Counted from the stretch's first letter, positions 40,347-50,846 are shown. The stretch: DNA of 64,000 bases from an uncultured bacterium (GCA_964603785.1 CAZRWD010000009.1:18082-82081), one strand, 5' to 3'. Translations and numbers: made by a program. Notes: generated by a model not told the origin, from the sequence alone.

Positions 40347-40765
40347 TCCCGGCCCTCCGATTCCCGCACGCCTACCACCCTGAGACGGACTTCCGCGGTG
40401 CCCTGGGACAGCATGCCGATGCGGTCCGCGGCCCCCTTCGACAGGTCGACTATCCTGCCCGAGACGAACGGACCCCTGTCGTTCACGCAGACGACCACGG
40501 TGCGCCCGTTGGAGATGTTCTCGACCTCCAGCATCGTGCCGAACGGCAGCGTGCGGTGCGCGCAGGTCATGGCGTACATGTCGAACCGCTCGCCGCTCGC
40601 GGTCAGCCTCCCGTGGAAGGCGTCGGCGTAGAAGCTGGCCGTGCCGCGCTGCTCGAATCCGTCCACGAGGCTGGCGACGCACCTTGCGCTCCCGCGGTAA
40701 ACGGGGCGGGGCACGAGGCAGCCCGAGGCGAGGAGGATCAGCGCGACGAACGCGAGGCGCCTCAT
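40343..40765 (-). CDS. rlpA: Septal ring lytic transglycosylase RlpA-family lipoprotein (DPBB domain)
   Basis: [16 protein letters not shown] lipobox. DPBB motifs [22 protein letters not shown] ... [32 protein letters not shown]. Confidence 0.8.
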   Translation of the reverse strand: MRRLAFVALILLASGCLVPRPVYRGSARCVASLVDGFEQRGTASFYADAFHGRLTASGERFDMYAMTCAHRTLPFGTMLEVENISNGRTVVVCVNDRGPFVSGRIVDLSKGAADRIGMLSQGTAEVRLRVVGVRESEGRE

Positions 40766-41649
40766 CGCCGCCCACCCGAGAGGCGTGCGATCTCCGCGGC
40801 GATCTCGGAGGGCAGCCCCGGTCTCCTGAGGACTCCGGTGCCGATCTGGACCATCGACGCGCCGGCCGCGAGCAGCTCGAGCACGTCCACGGCCTCCCAT
40901 GCCCCGCCCGAGGCTATCACGGGGATGCCGACGCTGCGCGAGACCTGCCAGACCCTGGCGACCACGAGCGGGAGGAGGGCCGGGGAACTGTACCCCCCGA
41001 CTCCCCTGGAGAGGGCGGATTCGCCCGTCCTCCAGTCCAGCTTCATGCCGAGAAAGGTGTTGCAGACCGTTACGGCATCCGCTCCGGCAGCCTCGGCGGC
41101 CCTGGCCGCCTCGATCATGTCGCCGGCGTTCGGGGTCAGCTTCACCGAGAAGGGCCTCTCCGTGGCCTGCCTGACCGCAGCCGTCACCCGGGCGACCATT
41201 TCCGGATCGGCTCCGAAGGCCATCCCGCCGGACTCCACGTTCGGACACGAGACATTCACCTCGTAGCCGGCTTGCACGGCGCTCTCCTCGAGCACCCGCA
41301 CCACCCCGGCGTACTCCCCCACCGACTCGCCGGCGATGTTGACGACGATCGGGGGGCCGAGCCCGGCGGCCTCCGGGAGTATCTCCGAGACGACCCTGCG
41401 CGAGCCGGGATTGGCCAGGCCGATGGAGTTCAGGAGGCCCCAGCCCGTGTCCGAGAGCCTGGGTGGCGGGTTGCCCGCGCGCGGCTCGAGGGTGACCGCC
41501 TTGGTGAAGATCATCGCGACGTCGCGGAGCGCCCCGAGGTCGCGGAGCTCCAGACCGAACCCGCAGGTTCCCGAAGCCAGCGCCACGGGACCGGGGACTG
41601 GGATCCCCCAGAAGCTCTCCGGGATTACCGCCGGGCGGCCGTTCGTCAC
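40762..41649 (-). CDS. pyrD: Dihydroorotate dehydrogenase, class 1B catalytic subunit
   Basis: [27 protein letters not shown] and IIASGG motifs. GTG start overlaps the pyrK TGA. 295 aa. Confidence 0.85.
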   Translation of the reverse strand: MTNGRPAVIPESFWGIPVPGPVALASGTCGFGLELRDLGALRDVAMIFTKAVTLEPRAGNPPPRLSDTGWGLLNSIGLANPGSRRVVSEILPEAAGLGPPIVVNIAGESVGEYAGVVRVLEESAVQAGYEVNVSCPNVESGGMAFGADPEMVARVTAAVRQATERPFSVKLTPNAGDMIEAARAAEAAGADAVTVCNTFLGMKLDWRTGESALSRGVGGYSSPALLPLVVARVWQVSRSVGIPVIASGGAWEAVDVLELLAAGASMVQIGTGVLRRPGLPSEIAAEIARLSGGRR

Positions 41650-42401
41650 ATCGCACCCCAGTCCAGCTCGGTAGCCCTGAAAACCGGTCCGTCGATGCAG
41701 CACGAGAGGTAGCCGCCCCCCGACGCCGGCACGGCGCATCCTCCGCATACGCCCCAGCCGCAGCCCATCCTGCTCTCCATCGACACCTGGATCCTCTCCA
41801 GGACGCCGGAGGGAGCGGCCAGGACCACCGCCTTCATCATCGCGAGCGGGCCGCAGACGGCCACGGCATCCCACGCATGCCAGTCGGTCCGCGCGAGAAG
41901 GTCGGTCACGAGGCCGGCCGTGCCTCTCGAGCCGTCCTCCGTCGCCACCTCCGCCCAGTCCGGGCAGCAGGCAACCCTGTCGGCTCGGGACGCCCCGACG
42001 AGCATCCCCCCGCAGGTGAACTCCGAGAGGAGGAAGGGGAACCCGGCGGTGCCCATCCCGCCTCCGACGAGGAGCCACCTCCCGTCCACCGGCTCGTATC
42101 CCCTGCCGAGGGGTGCGAGCATGCGTACGGTCGATCCGGCGCTCCTTCCCGCGAGCAGCGCCGTCCCCCTCCCGACAACCTCGAACACGAAGGAGGCCGT
42201 GCCCCGCCCGCGGTCGACCCCGCTGAGCGTGAGCGGTCTGCGCGTCACGGGGAACCTGTCCCCGGACGGCTCGAGCATCGCGAACTGGCCCGGGACGGCC
42301 ATCCTCACGGCCTCGGGAGCCTCGAGGACCATCCTCCGGACCCCGGGGAGGATCTCCTCGTTCTCGATGACTTCGGCCTCGGTGTCAACCGCGCTACTCA
42401 C
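41646..42401 (-). CDS. pyrK: Dihydroorotate dehydrogenase electron-transfer subunit (FAD/2Fe-2S)
   Basis: FAD-binding RPLTLS, NAD-binding [12 protein letters not shown], and C-terminal 2Fe-2S cysteines [11 protein letters not shown]...CC. Confidence 0.8.
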   Translation of the reverse strand: MSSAVDTEAEVIENEEILPGVRRMVLEAPEAVRMAVPGQFAMLEPSGDRFPVTRRPLTLSGVDRGRGTASFVFEVVGRGTALLAGRSAGSTVRMLAPLGRGYEPVDGRWLLVGGGMGTAGFPFLLSEFTCGGMLVGASRADRVACCPDWAEVATEDGSRGTAGLVTDLLARTDWHAWDAVAVCGPLAMMKAVVLAAPSGVLERIQVSMESRMGCGWGVCGGCAVPASGGGYLSCCIDGPVFRATELDWGAM

Positions 42402-44046
42402 CCCCGCCCCCTTCCCCGCCGGTCCGGCCGAGGCGAAGGGCTGCCGCGGCGGCCTCGTCCGTCCCCGGGTGATCCCTGACGAGAGCCGCGAGGTAGCCCT
42501 CGACGAGGCTGTCGTCCATCTGCGCGGCCTCGGCGGCGAGGTAGGCGACCCATAGGAGCCCGGCTTCCGCGTCGAGGCTCCACCGCGACCGCAGGGCGCT
42601 CGAGGCTGTCTCCCAGGCCTCCGCGAAGGAGCCCTCCCCGTACAGCTCCCAGGCCCGCTCGAGGAGCGCCGAGGGCCTGACGGCCGCTGCTGGACCCGGT
42701 GGGAGCCCGAGCTGCAGCTCGATCCTCCCCGCGAGATCGCCGGAATCGGCCAGCGCCAGGGCCTCCATGAGCATCGCCCCGGCGGAGTCCGGATCGTCGG
42801 TGAAGCGCTCGGCCATCAGCACGAGGGCCATGGACGCCGTGCGCGGGTCGGCCGACAGGGCGAGGGTCTCGAGCTCCCCAGAGATCCCCGGGGCCTCGCC
42901 GTAGAGGTCCAGCCGCTTCTCCGCGGCAAGCAGCCGCAGCAGGTCGCGGTCGGCCGGATCGGCGAGGGGGAGGCTGTCGGTGTAGGTCGCCAGGAGGTCG
43001 AGATCGGCCTTGCGGTCGGCCGCCAGCCTGATCCACACATGGTCGCCGCTCCTGGACGAGAGCTCCCCGAGAGCCCCGACCGCCTCCTCCGTCCTGCCGA
43101 GCTCCTCGAGGAGCAGGGCACGCCGCCAGAGGGCCTCCGCCCCGACCTCCCTCGAGAGGTCGAGCTGGGCGGCATCCTCCCAGGCCGAGAGAGCCCCGGC
43201 GTCATCACCCGCGGCCTCGCTGGCGCGTCCCGACAGGAGCGAGATGGCGGCCAGCTCCCTGCTGGAGCTGTAGGATGTCCGCAGCGGGGCGAGAACGGCC
43301 GCGGCCTCGCCCGGGCGGCCCGCCTCGAGGAGCGCCTCGGCGGCACCGGTGACCGCCCTGTAGAGACCCTGCCCCCTCCTGAAGTACCTCGAGGCCTCCA
43401 GGGAGGCGGATGCCGCGCTGTCGGGCAGGCCCATCCCCAGGAGGGCCGCCCCGCGGGCAATCCACACCTCGCCCCTGAGACTGTCGCTGAGCCCACGGTC
43501 GCCGAGGCTGTCGAGGACTGCGAGGGCTTCGAGGGACCTGCCGTCGAGCGTCAGCGCCTCGGCCAGGCCCAGCCTCGCGGCCGTCCGGATGTCCCGCTCC
43601 GAGTCGCCCACCGCCCCGAACGAGGCGGCAGCGTCGGTGTAGCGCCCGAGCTCCATGGCGGACCGGCCCATGCCCAGGAAGGCCCGTTCGCGTATCCCGG
43701 GGTCGTCGGTCATCACGATGGCTGAGCTGTAGGCCCTCATGGCGTCCTCGAAGCTGGAGGTCCCGCTGCCCGTGACCGATCGTCTGCCGAGGAGCAGGAG
43801 CGCGTCGCCGATGAGGAGCTGGGCGTCGTCGGCCCACCTGCTCCCCGGATAGAACGAGAGGACCTTCCCGGCGCCCTCGATAGCCTCCCGGAGCTTCTCC
43901 GCCTCCGCCGCCGAGGGGTTGTCGGGGTTCTGGCGGGCGGCCCGCAGGGCCTCGTCGTAGTTCTGGCGGGCGTTGTAGAAGGTGTTGAAATAGGCGCAGC
44001 CCGACGCCATGAGCACCACCAGGGCGAGAACGGCCGGTCTAGACAA
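42394..44046 (-). CDS. TPR-repeat lipoprotein
   Basis: MSRPAVLALVVLMASGCAYF lipobox, then ~12 TPR-like helical repeats. Sits between pyrC and pyrK. Confidence 0.6.
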   Translation of the reverse strand: MSRPAVLALVVLMASGCAYFNTFYNARQNYDEALRAARQNPDNPSAAEAEKLREAIEGAGKVLSFYPGSRWADDAQLLIGDALLLLGRRSVTGSGTSSFEDAMRAYSSAIVMTDDPGIRERAFLGMGRSAMELGRYTDAAASFGAVGDSERDIRTAARLGLAEALTLDGRSLEALAVLDSLGDRGLSDSLRGEVWIARGAALLGMGLPDSAASASLEASRYFRRGQGLYRAVTGAAEALLEAGRPGEAAAVLAPLRTSYSSSRELAAISLLSGRASEAAGDDAGALSAWEDAAQLDLSREVGAEALWRRALLLEELGRTEEAVGALGELSSRSGDHVWIRLAADRKADLDLLATYTDSLPLADPADRDLLRLLAAEKRLDLYGEAPGISGELETLALSADPRTASMALVLMAERFTDDPDSAGAMLMEALALADSGDLAGRIELQLGLPPGPAAAVRPSALLERAWELYGEGSFAEAWETASSALRSRWSLDAEAGLLWVAYLAAEAAQMDDSLVEGYLAALVRDHPGTDEAAAAALRLGRTGGEGGGGE

Positions 44047-45331
44047 AGCGGCCCTCCATGAATGCGAGCCCGTTCCTCCAGACCGCGCGGACCCTGCCCT
44101 TCAGCGTGCGGTTCCGGAAGGGGGAGTTCGAGGAGGCGGAGAAGCCCGCCGTGCGCGCGGGCACCCACTCCTCCGAAGGATCGAAGAGCACGGCCTCGAG
44201 GGGTGCGCCGGGGGTGAAGCCCCCGTGCGGCAGGCCGAGTATCGCCTCGGGCCCGGTCGTGAAGAGGGCGATGCAGTCCGCGGGGCTCATCCCGGCCTCC
44301 CCGGTGAGGACTCCGAGCGTGACGGACAGGGCTGTCTCCAGCCCGGTCACGCCGAAGGCGGCGCCAGCGAGGCCCCCCTCCTTGAGGCATGCGGCGTGGG
44401 GGGCATGGTCGCTCGCGACGGCGTCGACCATGCCTGCGGCGACCATCCCGACCAGCGCCTTCCTGTCCCCGGGCGACCTCAGGGGCGGGTTCATCTTCGC
44501 ATCCGCCCCCAGCTCGATGACCGCCGTCTCGTCGAGCGCCAGGTGGTGGGGCGTCACGTCGCAGGTTACCCGCGCCCCCCCGGAGACCGCTTCCGCGCAG
44601 AGGGAGACGGACTCGGGAAGCGAGAGATGGGTCAGGTGGATGCGTCCCCCCGCCGCCGCCGACAGGGCCCTCTCGACCCCGCGCGTCTCGGATGCGGCCG
44701 GGATTCCCCGGAGGCCGAGGACCCGCGATACGGGACCCTCGTTGACCGCCCCGCCTGCCGAGAGGGATGCGTCCTCCGGATGCTCGATCACCGTCACGCC
44801 GAGCTCCCCGCATATCCTGACCGCCTCGGCCAGGAGGCTCCCGTCCGCCACGGGAGATCCGTCGTCACTGAAGGCCCTTGCGCCCGCACTGGCCATCCCG
44901 GCCAGCGGGGCCAGGGTCCCGCCCCCGCGCCCGAGGGTGACGCAGCCCACGGGGACGATTCCGGCCAGGCCCAGCCCGGAGCTCCTCTCGACGGCCTCCG
45001 CTATCATGGCGGGGGAGTCGGTCGGCGGAGAGGTGTTGGGCATCGGCGCGACCCTCGTGAAGCCGCCTGCAATGGCCGCCCTGAGACCGCTTTCGTAGGT
45101 CTCGGACCTCCCGTCCCCCGGCTCCCTCAGGTGGACGTGCATGTCCGTGAGGCCGGGGAGGAGCCAGAGGCCGCGGCAGTCCACGATGCGGACCCCCGGG
45201 GGCGCGGGGGTGCCGGGCGATGCCAGGAACCCGTCCTCGACCAGGATGTCCGCGACCTCGTCCACCGGTCCGGCCGGATCTATCAGCCGGGCTCCCGAGA
45301 GGAGGATCGGAGCCCTGCGGGGATCAGTCAG
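44039..45331 (-). CDS. pyrC: Dihydroorotase
   Basis: GLTDMHVHLREPG, the carboxylated-Lys region, and ASDHAPH. The N-terminus ILLSGARLIDPAGPVDEVADILVEDG aligns to the family. Start tentatively CTG at L27 of the table ORF; the first 26 aa look like frame noise. Confidence 0.8.
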   Translation of the reverse strand: MTDPRRAPILLSGARLIDPAGPVDEVADILVEDGFLASPGTPAPPGVRIVDCRGLWLLPGLTDMHVHLREPGDGRSETYESGLRAAIAGGFTRVAPMPNTSPPTDSPAMIAEAVERSSGLGLAGIVPVGCVTLGRGGGTLAPLAGMASAGARAFSDDGSPVADGSLLAEAVRICGELGVTVIEHPEDASLSAGGAVNEGPVSRVLGLRGIPAASETRGVERALSAAAGGRIHLTHLSLPESVSLCAEAVSGGARVTCDVTPHHLALDETAVIELGADAKMNPPLRSPGDRKALVGMVAAGMVDAVASDHAPHAACLKEGGLAGAAFGVTGLETALSVTLGVLTGEAGMSPADCIALFTTGPEAILGLPHGGFTPGAPLEAVLFDPSEEWVPARTAGFSASSNSPFRNRTLKGRVRAVWRNGLAFMEGRFV

Positions 45332-46592
45332 AGTAGTCCCTCCCGTCGGCCCTCGCGCCCTTCGAGGCGTCCGGGGCCGCATCCGGCCCGTAGTCGGCCC
45401 TGTCCGCAACTATCCCGACCGTCGGCGTCGCGTTCCAGTCGCCCCTGCGGACGATGTCCGCGATCACCTCGGAGCCCGTGCCTATCGAGCCGAAGGCCTC
45501 GAAGTAGCGAAGGGCCCACTCCTCCGTCTCCCTGACGATCCTCTCGCGGTACTCCCGCGGCATCGAGACGGTGTAGGCGTGGAACGGGAGGTTGAGGCTC
45601 TTGTAGTCCCCGGAGGACCGTGAGAAGCCCCTCCTGTCCGCTTCGGCGACGATCGCGGCCCAGAGGTCGTCCGGAACGCCCCTGTCGGGTCTCTTCACGT
45701 AGGAGCCGTTCTCGATTACCGCGTTCCCGCTTGAGGGATCGACCTCCAGGCCGAACACCACGTTCTGCCAGAGGGTCCCGACGTTGCCCTTGTGGATGCC
45801 GTACTCGCGGAAGTGCCCGACCTTGTCGAGGGGTGTGCCGCTGATGCCGTGCTGGGCAATCACGCATCCGAACCGGGAGATGGCGTTCGCTATGTCCCGG
45901 GTCCTCGGGAGGTCTATGCCCTCGCTCTCGCCGGCCGACGCATCGTAGGTGCCGTGCTTCGAGCCGTTGGAGATCGCCAGGTAGTCCGGGAAGACGCCCC
46001 AGGAGTTCAGGCCGCCGACGAAGTAGGAGGCCTCCTCGACCGTGGACAGGACCCCGGCGCCCTTGATCTCGCCCACCTCGACCTCGAGGCCGATGTAGGA
46101 GGGGATGTGCATCGCGACGTCCCTCGTGAAGACGAGGTTGGTGTGGTCCGGGTTGTGCGAGGCGTCTATCGCGACGGATGTCCACCCCCCGGCGAGAGCC
46201 CTGGGGATCGAATGCACCGCCTCGTCCCTGTCGGTCTCCGACTTGACCGCGTAATGGTCCATGTGCAGCGCGAAGACGACCTGGTCGCCGAGGTCGGCCG
46301 ATATCGACAGGGCGGTTGCCGGAAGGTTCCCGTAGGTCACGCCGGTGTACCTCGCCTCCGACTTGGCCAGCTCGAGCATCACGAAGGAATCCGCCCTGCG
46401 GGCCGCCGACAGGATGCCCGCGGCGCTGAGAGGATTGCGGATGTTGGCGGCCATCACTATGGCACCGCGCCTCCTGGCCGCCGCGCAGATGTCGCGCCCG
46501 CTGACGAGGGCGCATCTCGAGCCGGGGAGGGCGGTTCTGACGTTGAGCGGGCGGAGGGCGAGAAAATCGTCGTACGATGAAGCGCTGGACAT
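45324..46592 (-). CDS. Class II (metal-dependent) aldolase family protein, fructose-bisphosphate-aldolase-like, long form
   Basis: IVMAANIRNPLSAAGILSAARRADSFVMLELAKSEARYTG...VVFALHMDHY resembles the class II FBA/tagatose-bisphosphate aldolase N-terminal half and the HxDH zinc site. Start MSSASSYDD at aa 40 of the table ORF. Confidence 0.65.
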   Translation of the reverse strand: MSSASSYDDFLALRPLNVRTALPGSRCALVSGRDICAAARRRGAIVMAANIRNPLSAAGILSAARRADSFVMLELAKSEARYTGVTYGNLPATALSISADLGDQVVFALHMDHYAVKSETDRDEAVHSIPRALAGGWTSVAIDASHNPDHTNLVFTRDVAMHIPSYIGLEVEVGEIKGAGVLSTVEEASYFVGGLNSWGVFPDYLAISNGSKHGTYDASAGESEGIDLPRTRDIANAISRFGCVIAQHGISGTPLDKVGHFREYGIHKGNVGTLWQNVVFGLEVDPSSGNAVIENGSYVKRPDRGVPDDLWAAIVAEADRRGFSRSSGDYKSLNLPFHAYTVSMPREYRERIVRETEEWALRYFEAFGSIGTGSEVIADIVRRGDWNATPTVGIVADRADYGPDAAPDASKGARADGRDYSD

Positions 46593-46756
46593 GCTATCCC
46601 CTCTCTTGCACGGCTTGACCGCGGTGTCCGGTTCGCTAATATGCGGCTGTCGGAGGGCGGAGGGAATGACGACCCCCGGCTTCCGGGCACGGGACTGCAC
46701 GGGATGCACGATCGAACGCGGACGATGCCGTATCCCGGCCGGAGAGTGGAGACTCG

Positions 46757-48475
46757 ATGAGGCTCAAGGCGGGTCTGCGCCTGATGGACATCGCCAGGTC
46801 GACCTGGCTGGCGGCGGTCGTTCCGGTTCTCACGGTGGCCCACTACGGGGCGGGGATACCCGCACGGTGGGTATGGCCCGCCTTCCCGGCGATCGCCCTG
46901 CTGCACCTGCTGGCGATTGTCCTGCCGGACGGCAGGACCATTCGCGAGAGGATCGCCGACGACGCCTGGACCTCCCTGATCGTCGCGCTGCTCGTCCTGT
47001 CGCTCATCGCCCTCGAGCTCCTGCCCGGCGGAGCGGACCTGCGCGCCTCGAGGCTGCTCGTCGGCGGCGCCATGATGCTCGTCTCCGCCAGGATCCTGAC
47101 GGTCCGCTCCGGGTCGGCCCTCACCGAGAGACTGCCCCTCTGGGCCATACTCCCGGTGTCCTTCGGCTGCATAATCGCGGCCGGGACGGCCCTCCTGCTC
47201 CTCCCGATGTCGACGCACGGAGGCATCAGGCTGCTCGACGCCCTCTTCACCTCGACCTCCGCCGTCTGCGTGACCGGTCTCGTCGTGGTCGACACGGGGA
47301 CTTTCTTCACGACCTTCGGTCAGGCGGTCATACTCCTCCTGATACAGGTCGGCGGCCTCGGCCTGATGAGCTTCTTCGCCTTCTTCGCCCTCTTCCTGGG
47401 ACACGGGGTGGGCATAGTCCAGAGCGTCACGCTGAGCAAGGCTGTGGACGCCCAGTTCCTGAGCGACCTGAAGAGGACCATAGCCTCGGTGATAGGCTGG
47501 ACCTTCACGATCGAGGCGGTGGGCGCCATCCTGCTCTACACCTCGATGCAGCCGGCGAGGGTGGGCGCGGGTTCCGCCAGGCTCGCCTGGGAGGCCGTCT
47601 TCCACAGCATATCCGCCTTCTGCAACGCGGGCTTCAGCCTGTTCCCCGACAATCTCGAGCAGTTCGCGAACAACCCCTCCGTCTGCTTGACGGTCTCGTT
47701 CCTGATCATCGCGGGCGGCCTGGGCTTCGTCGTGCTGACCGGGCTGGCCGGATGGATGATCGCAAGGCTCCGCGGGTCGGGCGGGTACAGGCTGGACGTG
47801 CATTCGAGGCTCGTGCTGCTGGTCTCGGGGGTCCTGCTGGTCGGCGGCATGATCCTCTTCGCGCTTCTCGAGTGGGACAACACGCTGTCCGGCATGGGTT
47901 TCCTGTCTAGATTGAGCAACTCCTTCCTGGAGGCGGCCACGCCTCGCACGGCCGGGTTCAACACCGTCCCCACGGCGTCCCTCGGGGCCGCCACACGATG
48001 GCTCTTCGTCATCCTCATGTTCATCGGCGCCTCGCCGGGAGGCACGGGGGGAGGAGTGAAGACGACCACGGTGGGGCTGCTCGCGGCCTCGGCGCTCTCG
48101 CTCCTGCACAAGAGGCCCCAGCCGGAGATGTGGCGCAGGATGATCCCCCTGGCCGACCTGCAGAGGGCCGCGGTGATCTGCTTCGCCTCGATCGTCCTGG
48201 TGGTCGTCTCGGGAGGTCTCCTGCTCCTGTCCGAGAGCGCGGCCATAAGGCCCTGGGGGTTCGCGGCGGACGACTACGTCTTCGAGACCTTCAGCGCCTT
48301 CGGCACCGTCGGGCTCTCGACCGGCGTCACCCCGCATTTGACCACGGCGGGCCGCTGGATAATCATATTCACCATGTTCCTCGGCAGGGTCGGGATCTCG
48401 GCGCTGGCGGCGCTCATCGTGAGGTCCAGGATCCTTCCGTACCGCTACCCGGTCGGCAGGATCGGGATGGGATAG
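46757..48475 (+). CDS. trkH: Trk-type K+ transporter membrane subunit
   Basis: Repeated selectivity-filter-like motifs TSAVCVTGL, NAGFS, TAGFNTV, GGTGGGVKTTT and STGVTP. Confidence 0.88.
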   Translation: MRLKAGLRLMDIARSTWLAAVVPVLTVAHYGAGIPARWVWPAFPAIALLHLLAIVLPDGRTIRERIADDAWTSLIVALLVLSLIALELLPGGADLRASRLLVGGAMMLVSARILTVRSGSALTERLPLWAILPVSFGCIIAAGTALLLLPMSTHGGIRLLDALFTSTSAVCVTGLVVVDTGTFFTTFGQAVILLLIQVGGLGLMSFFAFFALFLGHGVGIVQSVTLSKAVDAQFLSDLKRTIASVIGWTFTIEAVGAILLYTSMQPARVGAGSARLAWEAVFHSISAFCNAGFSLFPDNLEQFANNPSVCLTVSFLIIAGGLGFVVLTGLAGWMIARLRGSGGYRLDVHSRLVLLVSGVLLVGGMILFALLEWDNTLSGMGFLSRLSNSFLEAATPRTAGFNTVPTASLGAATRWLFVILMFIGASPGGTGGGVKTTTVGLLAASALSLLHKRPQPEMWRRMIPLADLQRAAVICFASIVLVVVSGGLLLLSESAAIRPWGFAADDYVFETFSAFGTVGLSTGVTPHLTTAGRWIIIFTMFLGRVGISALAALIVRSRILPYRYPVGRIGMG

Positions 48476-48482
48476 GAGAGAA

Positions 48483-49154
48483 GTGCAGTCTCCCCCGCGC
48501 AAGTTCGCCGTCCTCGGCCTCGGGAACTTCGGCAGCGGCCTGGCCTGCAGCCTGGCCAGGGCCGGAGCCGAGGTCATCGCTGTGGACTCCGACGAGACGA
48601 GGCTAGAGGATGTCTCGGAGGAGGTCTCCCTCGCCGTGTCCTTCGACGTCACCGACGAGCATCTCCTCAGGGCCAACGGAATCGACAAGGTGGACATAGC
48701 CGTGGTTGCGATGGGCTCCGACTTCCGCGCGAGCGTGCTCGTGACCACGATCCTCCACGAACTCGGGGTCAAGGTGCACTCCCGCGCCACCACCGAGAGG
48801 GAGGAGAAGATCCTCCGCGCCGTGGGCGCCAGCCACATCTACATGCCGGAGAAGGAGCAGGGCGAGCGTGTCGCGAAGATGCTCATGCACGACAACGTGG
48901 CCGCCTACGTGCCGCTGGCCGACGGGGTCGACTTCATCAAGGCCAAGCCCAAGCAGGGGATGGTCGGCAGGAGCGTGAAGGACATCGACATCCGGAAGGT
49001 CTTCGGCGTCAACATCGCCTACATAGGCAGGCTGTCCGAGGCGGAGGGGCTCATGACCTACCGGATACCCCTGCCGGACGACGTCCTCCAGGCCGGGGAC
49101 GACCTCTTCATCCTGGGCGGCAGGCCCGATCTCGAGAGATATCTGAACTCCTGA
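48483..49154 (+). CDS. trkA: Trk-system K+ uptake NAD-binding peripheral subunit
   Basis: Rossmann FAVLGLGNFGSGLA followed by an RCK_C-like domain. Lies immediately downstream of trkH. Confidence 0.85.
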   Translation: MQSPPRKFAVLGLGNFGSGLACSLARAGAEVIAVDSDETRLEDVSEEVSLAVSFDVTDEHLLRANGIDKVDIAVVAMGSDFRASVLVTTILHELGVKVHSRATTEREEKILRAVGASHIYMPEKEQGERVAKMLMHDNVAAYVPLADGVDFIKAKPKQGMVGRSVKDIDIRKVFGVNIAYIGRLSEAEGLMTYRIPLPDDVLQAGDDLFILGGRPDLERYLNS

Positions 49155-49164
49155 GCCCGGGAGG

Positions 49165-50118
49165 CTACTGGCCCCCCTCGAGGAGCGAGGCTATCCCCAT
49201 GGCCTCCAGCGCGAGCTTGCTGTGCTTGTTCGAGCTCAGGAACAGCTTGTTGCACGCGCCGGGCGACGGATGCTTCCTGCACATCGTGCGCACGATGTTC
49301 GCGAAGACCGAGGGGATCTTCTCCGTCTCGGCCGGGAGGGCCTCCAGGAAGAGCCCGTCCTCCACGTCGTAGGAGAAGCTGGAGAGGCACTCCTCCTTCT
49401 GCTTCAGGGTCTTGAAGACCGTCGAGGCGATGTTCGCGCACTCGGGCCAGGTCGGCCTGGCCGCCTCCAGCCAGTTGTTGAACGAGGATACCAGCAGCTG
49501 CGCCTCGGATATCCCTACCCCGGCGGGCTCGGCGGTCTGCCCCGGGTATAGGTCCGCGACGGCCTTCGGGGGCAGCTGCTCGGTCAGATAGGTCAGGATG
49601 GCCTTGCCCTTGAGGATGGATCCCGGGCCGAAGGCCATCTGCAGCTTCCCCTTCTCGACCGGGACCAGGGTGGACTGCCCGAGCGCCCTTATCCTCAGCA
49701 GGCCGGACTCCTCCTTTCGCCTGAGGGCCCGGAGGACGTCCATGATGTCTCCCGTGTCGTTGTCGAGGTCCTGGAGGACGGGCTCCTCGGTGCAGCAACG
49801 CAGGAGATACGGCAGGGAGTTGTGCTCCATGAACCTGTAGGTGAGTGTCAGCTCCCTCTTGTCCTTGCGGAGCCAGTTCATGAAGGCGTTCACGCTGGGC
49901 CCGGAGTAGCCGATGATCCTGTAGGGCCTGCCGCCGCGGAGGATCAGGTAGGCCTGCGGTATGTCCTCGGAATCGATCTGCCAGTAGGCGTCCCCGGCGA
50001 ACCTCCGGTCCTCGAGGGAGCCCTTCACGAGCTCGTCGAGGTTGATGAACTGGAGGGGCACCTTCTCGAAGAACGTCCGGCTGAACGGCAGGGCGTCCTT
50101 GACGACGATGCCGCTCAA
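49165..50118 (-). CDS. Hypothetical Lys/Phe-rich protein (317 aa), compositionally atypical for this genome
   Basis: TTG start overlaps the lepB TGA (TTGA), giving MSGIVVKDALPFSRTFFEKVPLQFINLDELVKG.... I recognise no family with confidence; there is a faint resemblance to DUF4388-type N-terminal domains. The upstream 94 aa of the table ORF are frame noise. Confidence 0.45.
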   Translation of the reverse strand: MSGIVVKDALPFSRTFFEKVPLQFINLDELVKGSLEDRRFAGDAYWQIDSEDIPQAYLILRGGRPYRIIGYSGPSVNAFMNWLRKDKRELTLTYRFMEHNSLPYLLRCCTEEPVLQDLDNDTGDIMDVLRALRRKEESGLLRIRALGQSTLVPVEKGKLQMAFGPGSILKGKAILTYLTEQLPPKAVADLYPGQTAEPAGVGISEAQLLVSSFNNWLEAARPTWPECANIASTVFKTLKQKEECLSSFSYDVEDGLFLEALPAETEKIPSVFANIVRTMCRKHPSPGACNKLFLSSNKHSKLALEAMGIASLLEGGQ

Positions 50119-50846
50119 CGGGCTATCCTCGCGATCCTGTCGAGCCTGGGAAGCCCGTGGCCGGGCGCCCACGACCAGTAGATGAACAGCATCTCGCCCT
50201 TGACCAGATCGACGTCGAGCGGGCCCCACACGCGGCTGTCGCTCGAATGGTCCCTGTTGTCGCCCATCATGAAGACGTGGTGCGGAGGGACGACGTAGGC
50301 GACCTCGCCGCCCGGCGTGAGGAAGCAGCCGGCCGCGATCTCGTCGAAGGCCAGGTCGGCGACCCGGTTCCGCAGCTGGGGCAGGCAGCCCGGCCAGCAC
50401 TCGTCGAGTATGCCGGGGGCGAGCCTGTCCTGGTCGGCGACCGCCCAGGGAGAGGGCTCGCCGTTCACCAGCAGGGTGTCGTTCCTCACCATCACGGTGT
50501 CACCGCCGACCGCAACCACGCGCTTTATGAAGTCCCTCTCCAGGTCGGCGGGATAGCGGAAGACGCATATCTCGCCGGGCTGCACGGTGTCCAGCGCGGG
50601 CATGAGCAGGCCGTGCCCGCCGCCGCGGAACGAGTGCAGGAGCGGCTCGACCCGGTCGGTCCACGGGATCCTCTGGCCATGTGCGGCCTTCAGGAGGAGC
50701 AGGTGGTCGCCTATGAGCAGGGTGCCCTCCATGCTCGGGGAGGGTATCCGGAAGCTCTCGACCACGTATGGCCTCAGGAAGCCGAAGAAGATGACCAGAG
50801 CCAGGGCAAGCTGCACGAACCAGTCGAGAATCCTCGCCCTCGACAA
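50115..50846 (-). CDS. lepB: Signal peptidase I
   Basis: TM anchor, SPSMEGTL (box B Ser), KRVVAVGGDTV, GDNRDHSSDSRVWG (box E). Confidence 0.85.
   Translation of the reverse strand: MSRARILDWFVQLALALVIFFGFLRPYVVESFRIPSPSMEGTLLIGDHLLLLKAAHGQRIPWTDRVEPLLHSFRGGGHGLLMPALDTVQPGEICVFRYPADLERDFIKRVVAVGGDTVMVRNDTLLVNGEPSPWAVADQDRLAPGILDECWPGCLPQLRNRVADLAFDEIAAGCFLTPGGEVAYVVPPHHVFMMGDNRDHSSDSRVWGPLDVDLVKGEMLFIYWSWAPGHGLPRLDRIARIAR

Noticed and set aside
45324-46709. Expectation that this gene is aspartate carbamoyltransferase (pyrB) because it heads the pyr gene block
   Set aside because: The sequence shows a class-II aldolase-like pattern (…VVFALHMDHY…) and none of the carbamoyltransferase STRTR/HPxQ motifs. 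I named it an aldolase-family protein instead.
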